DNA of 64,000 bases. It comes from Tubulanus polymorphus (lineage: Eukaryota > Animalia > Nemertea). The stretch spans positions 10,510,485 through 10,574,484 of the forward strand of contig NC_134027.1 in assembly GCF_964204645.1 (NCBI RefSeq), in the 5' to 3' direction. Below the pieces are notes generated by a model. The model made no database searches, was not told the origin of the DNA, and worked only from the letters and a program-made list of their open reading frames with translations. Made by a program: the position numbers and the translations under genes. Shown piece after piece: positions 12,451-26,377 of this stretch (the first letter of the stretch is position 1; the number at the start of each line of letters is the position of its first letter).

Positions 12451-14373
12451 AGAACGTGTTCATTGAACACTTGGGCGTTTATTGAATATCATTCTTCAAT
12501 GTTTTTTTCTGTCAATTTATTGCATGTCTTAACCTATGTATAAACTTTATATAGGGCGCAATAAATATAATATCAAGTTCAAGTTCAAGATACACGTCAA
12601 TTCAAATTACCTTTTAAGTGATTTGATAGTCTCATAGTGCTTGTTCGACCTCTGTCATATCGAAACTAATTTGTAAGGTTTCACTGTGATATAATACATT
12701 GACATAAGTATATCAGGTTCGAATGCCAACAATAAACAATTTTTTAATTTCTATTGATAATTTCCAAAGGTTCGCATATTAATATTGCTGCTGGGCAGAA
12801 AACCCGTTTTCGCTGCTTTGCAACTTTATTCTAAGGTTGAATTTATACAAACGTATGTATACTGGTATTCGAAATAAAAAGTGCATATTTGCTTATTACG
12901 TAGCGCGACAAACATCCTTAAGGATTCACAACTGAATATCTAAGGTAAATGGATGAATATCTTTTTTATTTTCTCCGATGGTTTTGTATCATAATCTTGA
13001 TGCATACAAAAACATGATATCCTTTACGTAACCTATTTTACCGAGTACATATTTCAAAGACTAGCGCTTTTTCTAATTCTCAATTCGAGTGTAATTGTTT
13101 GAAATTTATGGCATCCACTTAAGTTTTTACCTTGTTGGCCATGCGACGAATACAAACTATGTGATCGCCCGATATCCTTTGAAAGATATTTAAGTACAAT
13201 ATTGAGAATGAGAGTGGTTTGTGTTTGAATAGGTTTTGAAAAAACTGTTGAAAAATATATGTATCAGGTTGATCGAACGCTTCGTGTATAAGAATGTCCC
13301 TGTTTAGTATGACACACTTATGTTTGAAAATTTGATTTAGATATATTGTAATTAGAAAAAAAGAATAAAATTGGATACAAAGCCGACAGCTATGCTATAC
13401 TTACTTGACAGAGAACCAAACCTGAAAAATTTGAATCTTACGTCTGTTTGCTACGAGTAAGTCATTTACATTATGTATTTTCAACGTTTTAGCTTAATAA
13501 CACGTGAGGCACTCTGCTCCACGGTAGCCGTTTGGAAAAAGGATCGTTACGATACCAACTATCATTTATTGTACAGAATAGTGGGCTACAGGGCGGAGTA
13601 CCTTGAATTAGTCCCTCGCTTAAGTTCGCCAATCGTCTACCTCGGAAATTGTATGTACCTCAGATAGAAAATCAGGCGACCCGAGGTACACGGAATTTAC
13701 AAGTATTTCTAACTTTTCGTTCGCGTTTCGGTCGAGCCCAATCGAAACCTGCCTTTTAAGATGAGTTCACCAACATGATGTGCATATCTACTAAAATTAT
13801 GCCAACATTGTACAACCCCAATCTGGTTTTAAATACGGGCAAAATGAAGGCATTATCAATAAAAACTAAAATAACAAAAACTACTTGGGGTCGTGAAAAT
13901 GACCTAAATTTTCTTAAGCAAAATGACCGTACTACACTTCCGGTGTTCAAATTATAAAAGCTATAGAAACTGGAAGATATTTTGATACCCCTCACGATGA
14001 AAGAGTGCGCAATTTGTGGGATCTGCAATTGGAGATGAGTGTCACTTTATTTTACAATGTCCTGTTTTCAAAGATCTAAGAACGCAATTGATACCAAATT
14101 TCAATGCATCAAACATGCATAAATTATATTATGTATTGAATTGTTCAAGACAGGTAGAAGACTAGCTTTATACATCAGAAAATGTTCAAAACTTCTATTA
14201 TAAGATATTTGTATCCTTTTCTTTCCCTGTTTAATTTAGATTATGTAAGGAAATATTGTAAGAAATGTTATCTGTGCTCATGTAGAATACATGAAGTAAT
14301 GTCTAAAAAGTATGAATTATGTAACGTATGTTTTGCAGATGACAATCGAAGCATCGTAAACAATATAGCAAAT

Positions 14374-17332
14374 ATGGCAAAATCGATCGACTACAAAAAC
14401 GACCGGAAGGAGCTACGTTCAGACTCGTTGGATTTGGCAACGAGCATCGATGCTGGGACGGGTATTCCCAAACACGATGAAGGCGATGGTCTATTAGCCG
14501 ACGTGGAAAATGATACAGAACACGAGCCCGCCAAGTTCGAGGATGTGTTGCACATTGTTGGTGGTAGTAACCGATTTCAAATTCTCGTGTACATTATGGT
14601 GAATGTTTCTTTTGAATTTGCTGCTTCTTGTGCAACGACTTACTTCATCATAGAAGGTGCAAATCCAGGCTGGAGCTGTGTGAAATGCGAAAAATACGTG
14701 TCAAACGGATCTTACTGTTCTCAGTTCAGCGCTAACGCTACAGAAGGCAGCTGCAAAAACGACAATCACAACTGCCACAATATGACCTTCAACATTCAAT
14801 ACACATCAATTGTCTCAGAGGTACTCATTTCATTCAGTTATCACCTCCTCGGTTAAGCGTACAACGATTCCAGTGATTAAATTAATAGTAATTTCATCGA
14901 AATTTAATTTCTATATCGCCCTTTTCGCTGTGATACAATGTTCAACGGTGCTTTCCAGTGGTATTATAGCCCTAGCCTACCCCTCCAACCATTTATCAGT
15001 CATCTCTCCCTTGGAATAGATAACGTCCGAGCAGCTGCTAGACGCTCAGGAGTCATTTATCAGATCAGGTACCCATTTATTCCGAGCAGTTAAGAGAGGC
15101 AATGAGGATGAGTGTCTTGCCCACTACGGTAATGTACGGGGTTCGAAACCGTGAACTGGCTTCCCAGGAGTCGAACGCTCTTACCACTCAAATATTTACA
15201 TGTGGTTATAGAAAATTTTGTAAAATTTTTCAGTGGGCACTTGTTTGCAACGAAAGCTGGATCGCTAAACTCGTAGCCAGTATATTCTTCGTTGGGTTAT
15301 TGGTCGGTGTCGTAGTAATGGGGCAAATATCTGACCGTTTTGGACGAAAGACCAGTCTGATACCTTGTTGGGTCGTCCTTATCATTGCCCAGTCTGTTGT
15401 ATCTGTAGCACCTTCAGTTTCCATCTACGTAACCATTCGGTTTGTAGCTGGCATGTGTGTAGGTAGGTTCACGCGATTCTTAAAAATCAACCTCGTCCGG
15501 AAAAAAATCATAATATTCTGAATCCTTCAATTTGGTAGCCGGCTTTTGCTGAACACTTACAGTAATCGATCATTGAAATAGCCACGTTAAATGTTATTGC
15601 AGGATGTTTGGCAGCTAATGGTGCAGTACTGGCGATGGAATTCATGGATCCAAAATGGCGGACGGTTGTCGGGTTCCGGTTCGGTTGGCAGGTTGGTCAT
15701 TGCGTTACTGCATTGATGGCTTACCTGTTACCCGACTGGAGGAAACTGTCACTAGCAACCGGTCTCATTAGCTTACCATTACTTCCTATAATCGTTTAGT
15801 GAGTGCCCCCGATTATGAAATGTTTTCCGAAAATGAATAATATTGAAACATTTAGAATTGTAACATTTTCCGTGCTTCGCAATGTCTACCAAGGTTTCCT
15901 TGTGCTGTTCCTTTTTATACATGTATATTACTTCAAAGCTGAGGAGAAAAATTTGCTTTTCAGTTTTCTTCCGGAAAGTGCACGCTGGTACGTTGAAAAA
16001 CAGAAAATCGACCAAGCGGAAAATTGTCTGAAATACGTAGCCAAAATTAACGCGAAGGATACGACCGGATTGCGAGAAAAACTAGAGTTGATCAGCAATG
16101 CAGAGACCGCGAAGAAAAAAGCAAAATCTCTGAATATTACTTATCTATTCCGCACAAGGAAACTGGCTATTCGAAGCGTCGTTTTGATATACGCTTGGCA
16201 AGTATAACTTCAAGTTAACGCTAGTGTTAAAAGTATCGTTAGATTGCGATGATTACAAATCAACTTCGTCTTAATGATTTCGAGAATTAAATGCTCGAAA
16301 ATCCATCCATAAAATGCCACAATGGGAAATTAATTTCTTTTCCTGAAATTGTTTATTTAGGCTGGCAACATCGCTAGTGTTTTACGGTGTTTCTAATCAA
16401 CTGAGCGACATGACCGGAAATCTGTATCTGAATGTATTCATATCAGGTGCTGGTGTTTTACTGACGAGATGGACTTTCGTATTTTTAGTAAATTGGTATG
16501 TTTGCCAAGAAAATTTTTGAACTTAGGCCTTTCGATCATTTTCTGATGCAACTACTCCGCACGAGATCTATTTCACTTAGCATTCCGGCGTTGCTTGTTA
16601 ACTTTGAACATGGTTTTGATTTTTGCTCTTTTTCAGGATTGGACGACGTATCAGCTTGCTGATATCCCTCAGTATACCGGGTCTATGCTTATTAGCCATA
16701 ATGATAATGGATTTGACCGGTTTTCTAGACAAGAATCCTATGTTCGTAACTTATTTCGGCCTTGCCGCATACATTATCGGAGCCGGTGCTTGGTGCGTTA
16801 CGACCTACTATTCGGCCGAACTGTATCCGACGCTACTGAGGTGAGTAAGATACGTTCGTAGACTAGCATAATTATATCGAAGACTTTCTTAAGGTTTGAA
16901 ATTAGGTTTCTAAGCGAGTACATAATTCAAATCGATTCTAAAGCGAGTCTTAATTGTTTATTTTACTTCAGAAATACTGCAACTGGTACAGGATATATGG
17001 GTGCTAGAATCGGTTCAATCATTGCTCCCCAAATTTCTTTGATGGTAAGCTGATTTGTTTAATCCTAACCTCCTAAATATGATTTTTATTGATTGTATAC
17101 CAACCTCGTAATGTTTGGTCGTACCGATGGTATGCATTGTATTAATTTTTGTTTGTAGAGTAGTCTACATGAGTCTGCGCCGTACGTAGTTGTTGGCGCC
17201 GTGGCACTGTCGAGCGCTGCGCTGAATTTCTTCATTCTGCCAGAAACGACCAATAGACCACTGCCGGAAGACCTCGAAGAACAAAAGCCAGTCAGGTCGA
17301 ATCCAAAAATCAAGTTGATCCGATTATCATAA
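14374..17332 (+). CDS. SLC22-family transporter gene, copy 2; ~563 aa. Exons 14374-14820, 15234-15462, 15603-15798, 15964-16197, 16361-16495, 16637-16840, 16972-17044, 17159-17332
   Basis: Internal exon lengths equal copy 1 (229/196/234/135/204/73 nt), same motifs, open frame. Ends NPKIKLIRLS*. Confidence 0.92.
14880..15191 (-). mobile_element. tRNA-derived SINE inserted in intron 1 of SLC22 copy 2
   Basis: Present only in this copy's intron. Minus strand shows A-box-like GAGTGGTAAGAGCG, B-box-like GGTTTCGAACCCC and the common SINE body motif GGGCAAGACACT...TAAATGGGTACC. Confidence 0.7.
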
Positions 17333-17794
17333 AAGAGAATACATGTCATGATAGGAGATCCTGATGGCATTGGCAATGTCCATAGGAGTATGTAAAATCA
17401 TGTGATGTTTCAGTCGCCGGCAAGATTTTGTTCTTTTCGTTCTCATTGTCTTAATTTGAGATATTACAATTTTTAAGATCAGTTTAAACAGAAATCTCTC
17501 AGGAAGTCATAAATCCGTATAATAGAATGCATCGTACATCATATTCTACTCATACATTTATTCTTAGAGACAATACAACACTAGGCCTAGTTATTAGGGC
17601 ACTTCATGTACATAACTATCATTTCTAGTTTGCAATTTTTGGCGCACTGACTTATTTGTATTTTACAATAAAATGCTTAACGTTATCAATCGATTATCTC
17701 TCTTCATCAAGTCAAATTACATGGAAATACCTGGAAAAATTGTTATAGCTGCAAACCAGCGATAATGGGTGTTCTGCGATTTATCGTGCACTGA

Positions 17795-19473
17795 TATAGT
17801 GGTCCCCGGACTGTGTGCCTCTTGGGACTATGTGTCCTGTTTCCGGTTCTTTATGGGCGGGAGAAATGTGAGCCTCGGAGTTGTTGGTGGATTTTTAGTC
17901 CTTTATGGCAGCATGGTCAATCGGATTGTCCCATCCAGAAGATGTGCAAAACTGCGAGACATTGTCACATCCAGAAATGTTTAAATGCGACCATGAACAT
18001 CGATGTATTCCAGAATCTGAAGCGTGTGATGGTGTTGTGCATTTAACATTACCACTAACGATGAGGCTTTCTGTAACGTCACGTGTCCTAGCAGTTGTAA
18101 ATGCCAAGGTTATCCTGTTTACTGTAGGGATGTTGGTTTCACTGGTTCTCATCACAGTATCAACTCGAATTCTAATGTTGTCGAATAACAGAGATCTTTT
18201 GAATTCATTGACGTTTTCATCTTTGGTTTTTCTTCCCATGCTTAACATCTCCTCGAATGTTTTGCCCTACCCGCTCTCAAACCGGCACAATCTACGTACC
18301 TTAGACATTACACATAATAACTACATATTAATCTTAAATGCATTCCACGTATAGTTTATAGGAACTATTCATAATTGATAATCCAATTCGATATTTGGAG
18401 GAAGGAAGTTTTATTCGGTGCAAATATATTCAAAGGTCTATCTTCAATGACTTCGTTGAGTTCCAGCAGCAATAGAATCAACTATATATCGAAATATCCT
18501 TTCTCTGGTTTAAACTTTAAAATCTCGATTTAGCGAGAAATTCAAATTATATTTCCGCAGAAAGTCGCATATTCGACAATTTGACATCATTAGTCTCCCT
18601 AAAGTCTGATGCTTATGAATTTTGCCGCATGGCTTCGAAAGTTGACCAGTGCCTTGCCAGAGCAGATCAATTTTCCTCCTGCATTGTCCTGATGGGTGAC
18701 ACAGTCATCAGAGCGATCATCTGGGTCGTCGCTGCATTCAGTTTCTTGGTGAACAGTATTGTCATTCTACTTCGAATTCAAGTATCTTCATCCAAAACGT
18801 GCAACAGATCTTCTGACATCATGAATCTCGCAGCTTACGATTTAATGATGTCGATTTATCTTTCCAAGATCGCAGGAGCCGATAACCTTAACAAAGGAGT
18901 TTATTTCCTTGATTCTTAAATTTGGACGTACAGTTTGTTATGTCGTTTTGCTGGTTGTTATGAGATGTAAAGTGTCTTTACATCTCCTAAACATGTCGAT
19001 AATATTTGGATATTATTCGCTTCCTCATTCTGAATATGATCCATTTGCTACCACTGTCACAATCGTCATACTTATTCACTAAACACTATCGGGGTTTGTC
19101 CACCTATGAATCTGCTAACCATTGATGTTAAAGCCTGTCAATATTCATGCGCCATTTTGCTGCGTCCAGCTCGATTATACTTGCAACGATAATAGCGACG
19201 TACGCGCAGATGTACAGACTCGTATCTAGACGCACGTCCGGCTCGGGTAAAATTGATCCCACCGATCGCAGGTGTTTGGTAATAAATTCGTGTTATCTAT
19301 CTTGCTGGCTGCCGATAATTACCGTTCAATATTGCGCGGTATTACCGGTAGAAATACTGAATCAGGTGACGTCTTGGCTGGTGGTTCTTTTATTGCAGAT
19401 CAATCCGTCCCTCAATCATATTCTTTACACCATACTGACTATTGATTTGAAATCCATGCAAGCAAAATATTAA
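17795..19473 (+). pseudogene. Decayed GRL101/RXFP-like leucine-rich-repeat GPCR (LDLa + LRR + 7TM)
   Basis: Fragments in shifting frames: LDLa-like (FKCDHEHRCIPESEACDGVVH; NDEAFCNVTCPSSCKC), LRR (LRTLDITHN), hinge/TM1 (LKSDAYEFC..DQFSSC..IRAIIWVVA), TM2 (IMNLAAYDLMMSIYL) and TM6-7 (CWLPII..INPSLNHILYT). Several stops and frameshifts. Confidence 0.82.
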
Positions 19474-20279
19474 CGTCGTCGACGCTAAACGAATACTCCA
19501 TCCAAATGGGATCGGGGTCTAAACTGCCCTTATCAAATTGTAATTCATGAGCGTTTGCCAAGAGAAAAATTGCTCAACACACTCGGAATGCATCACAATG
19601 ACTGTACATAGCCTGTCTGTACATCCATCGACTTCGACAATCTGCCGTCTGTACCCATCCCCTTGCTAATCTTTCGAAAATGTCAATATTTCACCATGTC
19701 TTCTCTCACACTGGACCCGAGGAGGTATTTTCATTTGAAAAAGAATTGCCGTTTCCACTCGACTCCGAAAACATTTAAACATTACCATGGAAGGAAAATT
19801 ACAACGGCAACGTTTCGCCCATGAGAAGCCGATAGTCTGAGGAGATGGGTACATTCAGCGATTTGATACCTGCTGTCACACGGAGAGTGACTATGACTGA
19901 AATCCTTAGAAGAACTGCCAATTCCGACCACCTGGTTTGAACTTTTATTTTATTCTCTATACTATGCTGACACATAATATCGTAAACTGATGAGGTTTAG
20001 CGGGAAATGAAAGACCAATAAAATGGCTAGAATGAAATGCACGTAAAGAGTATGAGTAATGTCTAATTTCAGAATTCTAAACATTCTCTAGACTAATAAC
20101 AAATAATTCTTCAAAAATGGCTCAACCCAGTGAACGGGCAGATCATCAAGGAACTATGTCTCTATGTCGTAAATTGAAGAAAGTTTTCGAAGAAGAATTT
20201 ACCTTTATATAATGAAAATTGCATGAATCGTTGCGGCAAGCTAACCAGGCCGGTTGCTAGTGACAGTTTCCTACAGTCG

Positions 20280-20387
20280 GTCCCGGTTCCACAGTTGTGA
20301 GTTTGAGTTCGCTATGAGTTGAAATCAGTTCATTTTCAATGTTTTAAATCTAGAGTCAAATTCAACTTAGAACTGTGGAACTGGATC
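20280..20387. mobile_element. Short Harbinger-like MITE
   Basis: Imperfect inverted arms around GTTCCACAGTT / AACTGTGGAAC. Confidence 0.5.
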
Positions 20388-21111
20388 TCGAGCAACAGGT
20401 AAGCCATCAATGCAGTAGCGCATTGACCAACCGGCAAACCGAACCGGAAACCAACTACTCTGTCCGCCATTTTAGATCCATGAATTCCATCGCAGGTACT
20501 GCGCCGTATCCGAAAAAAGTTTTGCCAATCTTCATAATCAACATCAAGGAAATATTAATCATCACAGCTTTGAGAGAAGGAAAGGTTTCTACAAGAAAAA
20601 AATACACGTTTCAAAGAAATCGAACGCTAAAATCTATAGCCTGTCTGGGGAAACTAATAACTATTTAGCTATCATCAGGGGTTAAAAACCCGAACATAAA
20701 AGACAACATCGTGATTTTGATAGATTTCATATCAGGAATTGATTTTTTATTTACTTCTCTGTAATATTGCTATGAATAAGCGATTCACTAAGGTTATCGT
20801 TAATGGAAGTCAAACGTAACTGTGAAATGAAAATTGAATCCCGTGTTATGTGAAATACTTATATGCTAAGTGTCAATTGATACAACACCACGTGCTTTCT
20901 TAATCGTGAGATTTGTCGGCTGTGCCATCTGGCAAAAGACGGTATTCGAAAACGATTGTTACAGAAAGATAATTTGACCAAACAGAAACTAATCGGATGT
21001 TAATGTTAAGTGCAAAAAAAAACAAAGGAGGTCGTGTAAATGTGTATAATGTGTGAATGACAAATAGATTGTTTCCTTTCGAGTGGGTGGTTTTTCTATG
21101 AAACCTAAAAA

Positions 21112-21592
21112 ATCTCACTTTCAAACCTTGCAAAAGCTGTGATTTAACCTTCTGTAAACTAGGTGAACGTAACAACTGTCAATTGTTATTAGACAATAGC
21201 CCTATACCTAAAGTTTGTTCTCATAAGCACTTAGGTTTTATACTCGACGAGCATCTTACTAACACTGAACATGTTAAACCCAATTTTTGAAAAAGTAGAG
21301 GAAAGCCTAAACCCAATTAAAGCATTCACCAAGCGCGTGCTCTCCCGTCATTAATTTACCATTCGTTTATTTTTCCTCATATTGACTATTACGACATATT
21401 ATACAAGAGTGCCCTTGATAGTTTAGATAGGCTTTATTACAAAGCCGCGCTCTTGGTATCCGGATGTATGCAAGGAACTAGTGCTAAAAATGTTTTTTCT
21501 GTTTTAAACTGGCAAACTTTATCCTCCCGTCGCATCGAAGACATCAAATCAAATATTTACGTATACGGTTTCCCATGTACTTAACGTGGATT
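21112..21592 (+). mobile_element. Non-LTR retrotransposon (CR1/L2-like) RT C-terminal fragment
   Basis: Translates to IPKVCSHKHLGFILDEHLT..YHSFIFPHIDYYDILY..LNWQTLSSRR with frameshifts. It is an insertion relative to the homologous upstream flank of copies 1 and 4. Confidence 0.82.
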
Positions 21593-23454
21593 AAAATGGA
21601 CTTAACGTTTGCCTACACAAAAATACGTACAAGAATGATTCAGAAGATTATTCAACGTTCAAATTTAATTACTTCTTTTGTAGCCGTGTGATATGCTATC
21701 TATATCATTGTACATTGCTCAATCTGCTGTCATATTTCGTAACATCAGTATGTCCCTCAGTAACATCAGTATAAGCCCGGTGGATTGTGAAGAACAGAAA
21801 TCACAGTACACTAAAGAAATGGTGGCTACCAACTTTAAGATAGATGATTAATATTGATACGTTAAGCCAGAGAACACGGCAGTCAGAAAGCACGTTTGGA
21901 ATGCACGTTTTTCAACAGAATAGCTAACGAAATATCAGATGTTTTCGATTCATGATTTTTTCGTCTGTGTGCGTCTGCCCTGATGTTCGCCACGTGCTGT
22001 CCTGTTGAAGAATGATATAACTTCACTGTGTTTGAGTCGCATTAAGTCAGCAGAAAACGGGGCGTGATTGGTTAGACGTTCCATCGAGTGACAAATGCCG
22101 TGCACGACGAAATGGTACACCGGGTCGTCCGGGCAGCTTCACTAATGCTTAGTTGATTAGCACGACATACATCGTAAAGGATTCGCTAGTGAAAGGTAAA
22201 TAGTTTAATTTCTTTTCTGATTTCACCAATGATTTTGAGTTATAATCTTAATGCATCAAAAATTATAACTCCTTAACGTGACACCTTTTGCTGACTACGT
22301 ATTTTGATGATGAGTCTTCGTATCATTTTCTAATTATGTGGAACTGTAAATGTTTGAAATGTATGGCACCAATCTTGTTTTTACCAGGTTGGCTATAAGA
22401 CTTGTTGATTTCGAATGATGTGATCACCCGATATTCTATGAAATATATTAACGTACGATGTATTGAGAATGATAGTGGTTTGTGATAGAAATTACGGACT
22501 TTTCATCTCACTCTGCAAAAGGCAATAGATACATATGTAATTTGTATCATATACATATTTTGCAACTACGATCAATTCGTAGCTCATGACATGTTGAATG
22601 ATTGCGGGGAGTTTCAAGTTGATTGGTTTTGTATATGGTCACGGGGGTGGATTGAATAGCTGAAGAACTTAGTATTATCTATCATATTGGTACTTAAAGA
22701 CAGTTTTTTGTTGTTACCACAATTATTAACAAAATTGACGCCCATGACATGTCCTATGATTGTTGTGAGGATAAAAGGTCATTGGTTTCAGTATATCTTT
22801 ACCAGGGGGCGTTGAATATCGAATTGTCAGATTGTTGAGCAATTCAAACCACTTCCATGGGCATGGTGTCCCTGGACCCCTAGTTTTAATGACGCACCAG
22901 TCTGAAAAACGTGATTCAGATATACTAGAAAAAAAATTTGACGTACATGACAGTTAACCAAACCGGACTCATTCGATTTGTTCCGGGTAGGTAATTTTTA
23001 ACATCATTTGAATTTTTGATGTTATAGCCTGATAACGCGTGAAGAACTCGACTCAGCGATAGGCATTTAGAAAATGATCATAATACTATCTATCATATAT
23101 TGTACAGCATAGTGGCTGCACTGAGTACTTAACATAAATGCCTCAAGTTTGCAAATCACCTAACAGAGAAATTGCAGGTACCTCAGATAGAATTAGGGGG
23201 TGCCAAGACGACCCCGAGGTACGCAGATTTTATAAGTGTATCAAATTTTGTAAGGTTTTGTAAGCCCAATTGAAATCCGCTCTTTAAGAAGAGTTCAATG
23301 TGGTTGTAATGAAGGCAAAATAAGGGGCATTATGAAGGGCGAATTCAAATTGCCATTGATATCATATCCTCGGTCATCAAGTATGTATTACATAAGTTGT
23401 GTTCTTCGCAGATTTACGTTTGAGCCGTTATCTATCGAAAACAATAAACCAAAT

Positions 23455-26377
23455 ATGGAAAAGTCGATCAGCTCCAACAACTACCAGAAGAAGCTAATTC
23501 CTGAATCGGTGGATTTGACAACGAGCATCGATGCTGGGACGGGTATTCCCAAACACGATGAAGGCGATGGTCTATTAGCCGACGTCGAAAATGATAGAAA
23601 ACACGAACCCACGAAGTTCGAGGATGTGTTGCAGATTGTTGGTGGTACTAACCGATTTCAGATTCTCTTGTACATCATGGTGAATCTTTCTGTTGAGTTC
23701 GCAGCCGCTTGTGCAACGTTTTACTTCATGATCGAAGGTGCGAATCCAGGCTGGAGCTGTTTGAAATGTGAGAAATACGTGTCAAACGGATCTTTCTGTT
23801 CTCAGTTCAGCTCTAACGCTACAGAGGGTAGCTGCGAAAACGACAATCACAACTGCTACAATATGACCTTCAATACTCAGTACACATCGATTGTCTCAGA
23901 GGTACTCATTTGAATAAGTTTTCATCTTCTCGGTTAAGCGTAAAATGATTCCAATTTTGTGTGTATTTGTAAAATATTTCGTCAAATTCTTCAGTGGACA
24001 CTTGTTTGCAACGAAAGCTGGATCGCTAAACTAGTGGTCAGCATATTCTTCGCAGGGTTATTGGTTGGTGTCGTAGTTATGGGGCAAATATCTGACAGTT
24101 TTGGACGAAAGACCACTCTGATACCTTGTTGGATCGTCCTTATCATTGCCCAGTCTGTTGTATCTGTAGCACCTTCAGTTCCAATCTACGCAACCATTCG
24201 GTTTATAGCTGGCATGTGTGTAGGTAGGTACGAGCAATTTTTAATGAGGATCATCATCCGTAAAAGAAAATCATGGTATACTCTAAAAGTAAATGTTCCA
24301 ATTAGGTAGCCGTCCCATACTCAACAGTTAGGTTGCAATTTTAGGAATTACGATTAATGATGATTGAAAGAACCTCGTTAAATATCATTTCAGGGTGTTT
24401 GGCCGCGAATGCTGGAGTACTTACGATGGAATTCATGGATCCAAAATGGCGGACACTTGTCGGTTGGCGGTTCGGTTGGCAGGTTGCTCAATTTGCTATT
24501 GCATTGATGGCTTACCTGTTACCCAACTGGAGGAAACTGTCACTAGCGACCGGTCTCGTTACCTTGCCATTACTTCCTATAACCGCGTAGTGAGTGCCCC
24601 GAATATGAAATGCTTTCCAAAAATGAATGATTTTGGAAATACATATTTGGAAACATTGTCCGTGTTTCGTTATATACACCAATATGTTTTCATGCGAATG
24701 CCATTACATGTATTTCAAAAACAATACAGATTTTGAACGAAAAAAATGCTTTTCAGTTTTCTCCCGGAAAGTGCTCGCTGGTACTTACGAAAACGGAAAA
24801 TCGACCAAGCGGAAAATTGTCTGAAATACGTGGCCAAAATTAACGGAAAGGATACGACCGGATTGCGAGAAAAACTAGAGTTGATTAGCAATGCAGAGGC
24901 CACGAAGAAAAAAGCAAAATCTCTGAATTTTACTTCTCTATTCCGCACGAGGAAACTGGCTATTCGAAGCGTCGTTTTGATATACGCTTGGCAAGTATCA
25001 AGTCATTATGATGTCAATTTCTTTGGTAACAAGGCATTTCTTTCGTCTTTATCCAATCTGGCTAGTGAATTTCGTAAACATATTCTGTAAATGGATCCCC
25101 AATTATTATGGTATATGCTTCCATTTTATAACTTGCATATGTAATTGTATTACACTAAGTGTCTTGATTGCATATGTAAATTATCTTCGTTTAGAGAATC
25201 AAAGGCTCGAACTCATCCATATAAATGCACAATGCGAAATCAATTTTTACTTTCACGGTTCTTTTTTTGAAATTATTTATTCAGGCTGGCAACATCGCTA
25301 CTGTTTTACGGTATTACTAATCGAATGGGCGACATGACCGGAAACATTTATCTGGATGTATTCATATCAGGAGCTAGTATTTTACTGACTAAATGGGCAG
25401 TCATACTAATAGTGAATTGGTATGTTTTATTCGCAAAGAAAATATTTGAACTTATTTGGACGTATTTCTTTCAGTCATTTCAAATAAACCACACCATCGC
25501 ATGTAGGCCTACTGGTGACGGTTGCTAAATATTGAGCAATTCCGTTCACGATCAGTTTCACGATCACTCAGCATTCCAGTGTTGTTTCAACTCGTAAACC
25601 TCGGACATTGTTTTGATTTACTCTTTTCAGGATTGGGCGACGTATCAGCTTGCTGATATTCCTCGGTATACCGGGTCTATGCTCGTTAGCTGTACTGATC
25701 GTGGATCTGACCGGTTCTCTGGACAAAAATCCTATGGTTATGACTTTTTTTTTCCTTTCTGTGTTCATAATCGGATCCGGTGCTTGGTGCGTTACGACTT
25801 ACTATTCTGCCGAACTGTATCCGACGCTACTGAGGTGAGTAAGATTCGTTAATTGTATGGACTGCTATAATTGAACGAAGACTTTTATCAATGTTTAACA
25901 GTTAGCTTTATAAACGTGAGTACTTGGGTGAAATCGATGTATTTTTAGAAGGTTATGAGTATGATTATTCATTTCACTTCAGAAATACCGCAACTGGTGC
26001 AGGATTTATGGGTGCTAGAATCGGTTCAATCATAGCTCCCCAAATTTCTTTGATGGTAAGTTGATTTATTGAATCACTCCCCAAAATGCAGTATAGACTG
26101 ATCGTTCATCAACTTCGAATTTTTAGTCGTTCTGACATTGTGCATTTGTTCGACAAATAGATTTCGTACCGATGGTGTGCGTCGGATTAATTTTTGTTTG
26201 CAGAGTAGTCTACACAAGTCCGCACCGTACGTAGTTATTGGCGTCGTGGCACTGTCAAGCGCTGCACTGAATTTCTTCATTCTGCCAGAAACGACCAATA
26301 GACCACTGCCGGAAGACCTCGATGAACCAAAGCCAGACAGCGCGAATCCAAAGATTAAGTTGACCCGATTATCATAA
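23455..26377 (+). CDS. SLC22-family transporter gene, copy 3; ~563 aa. Exons 23455-23901, 23995-24223, 24394-24589, 24757-24990, 25285-25419, 25631-25834, 25983-26055, 26204-26377
   Basis: Same exon lengths and motifs, open frame. Most divergent copy in the transmembrane segments. Ends NPKIKLTRLS*. Confidence 0.92.

Noticed and set aside
19987-20016. CTGATGA...GAAA
   Set aside because: No convincing stem I or stem II.
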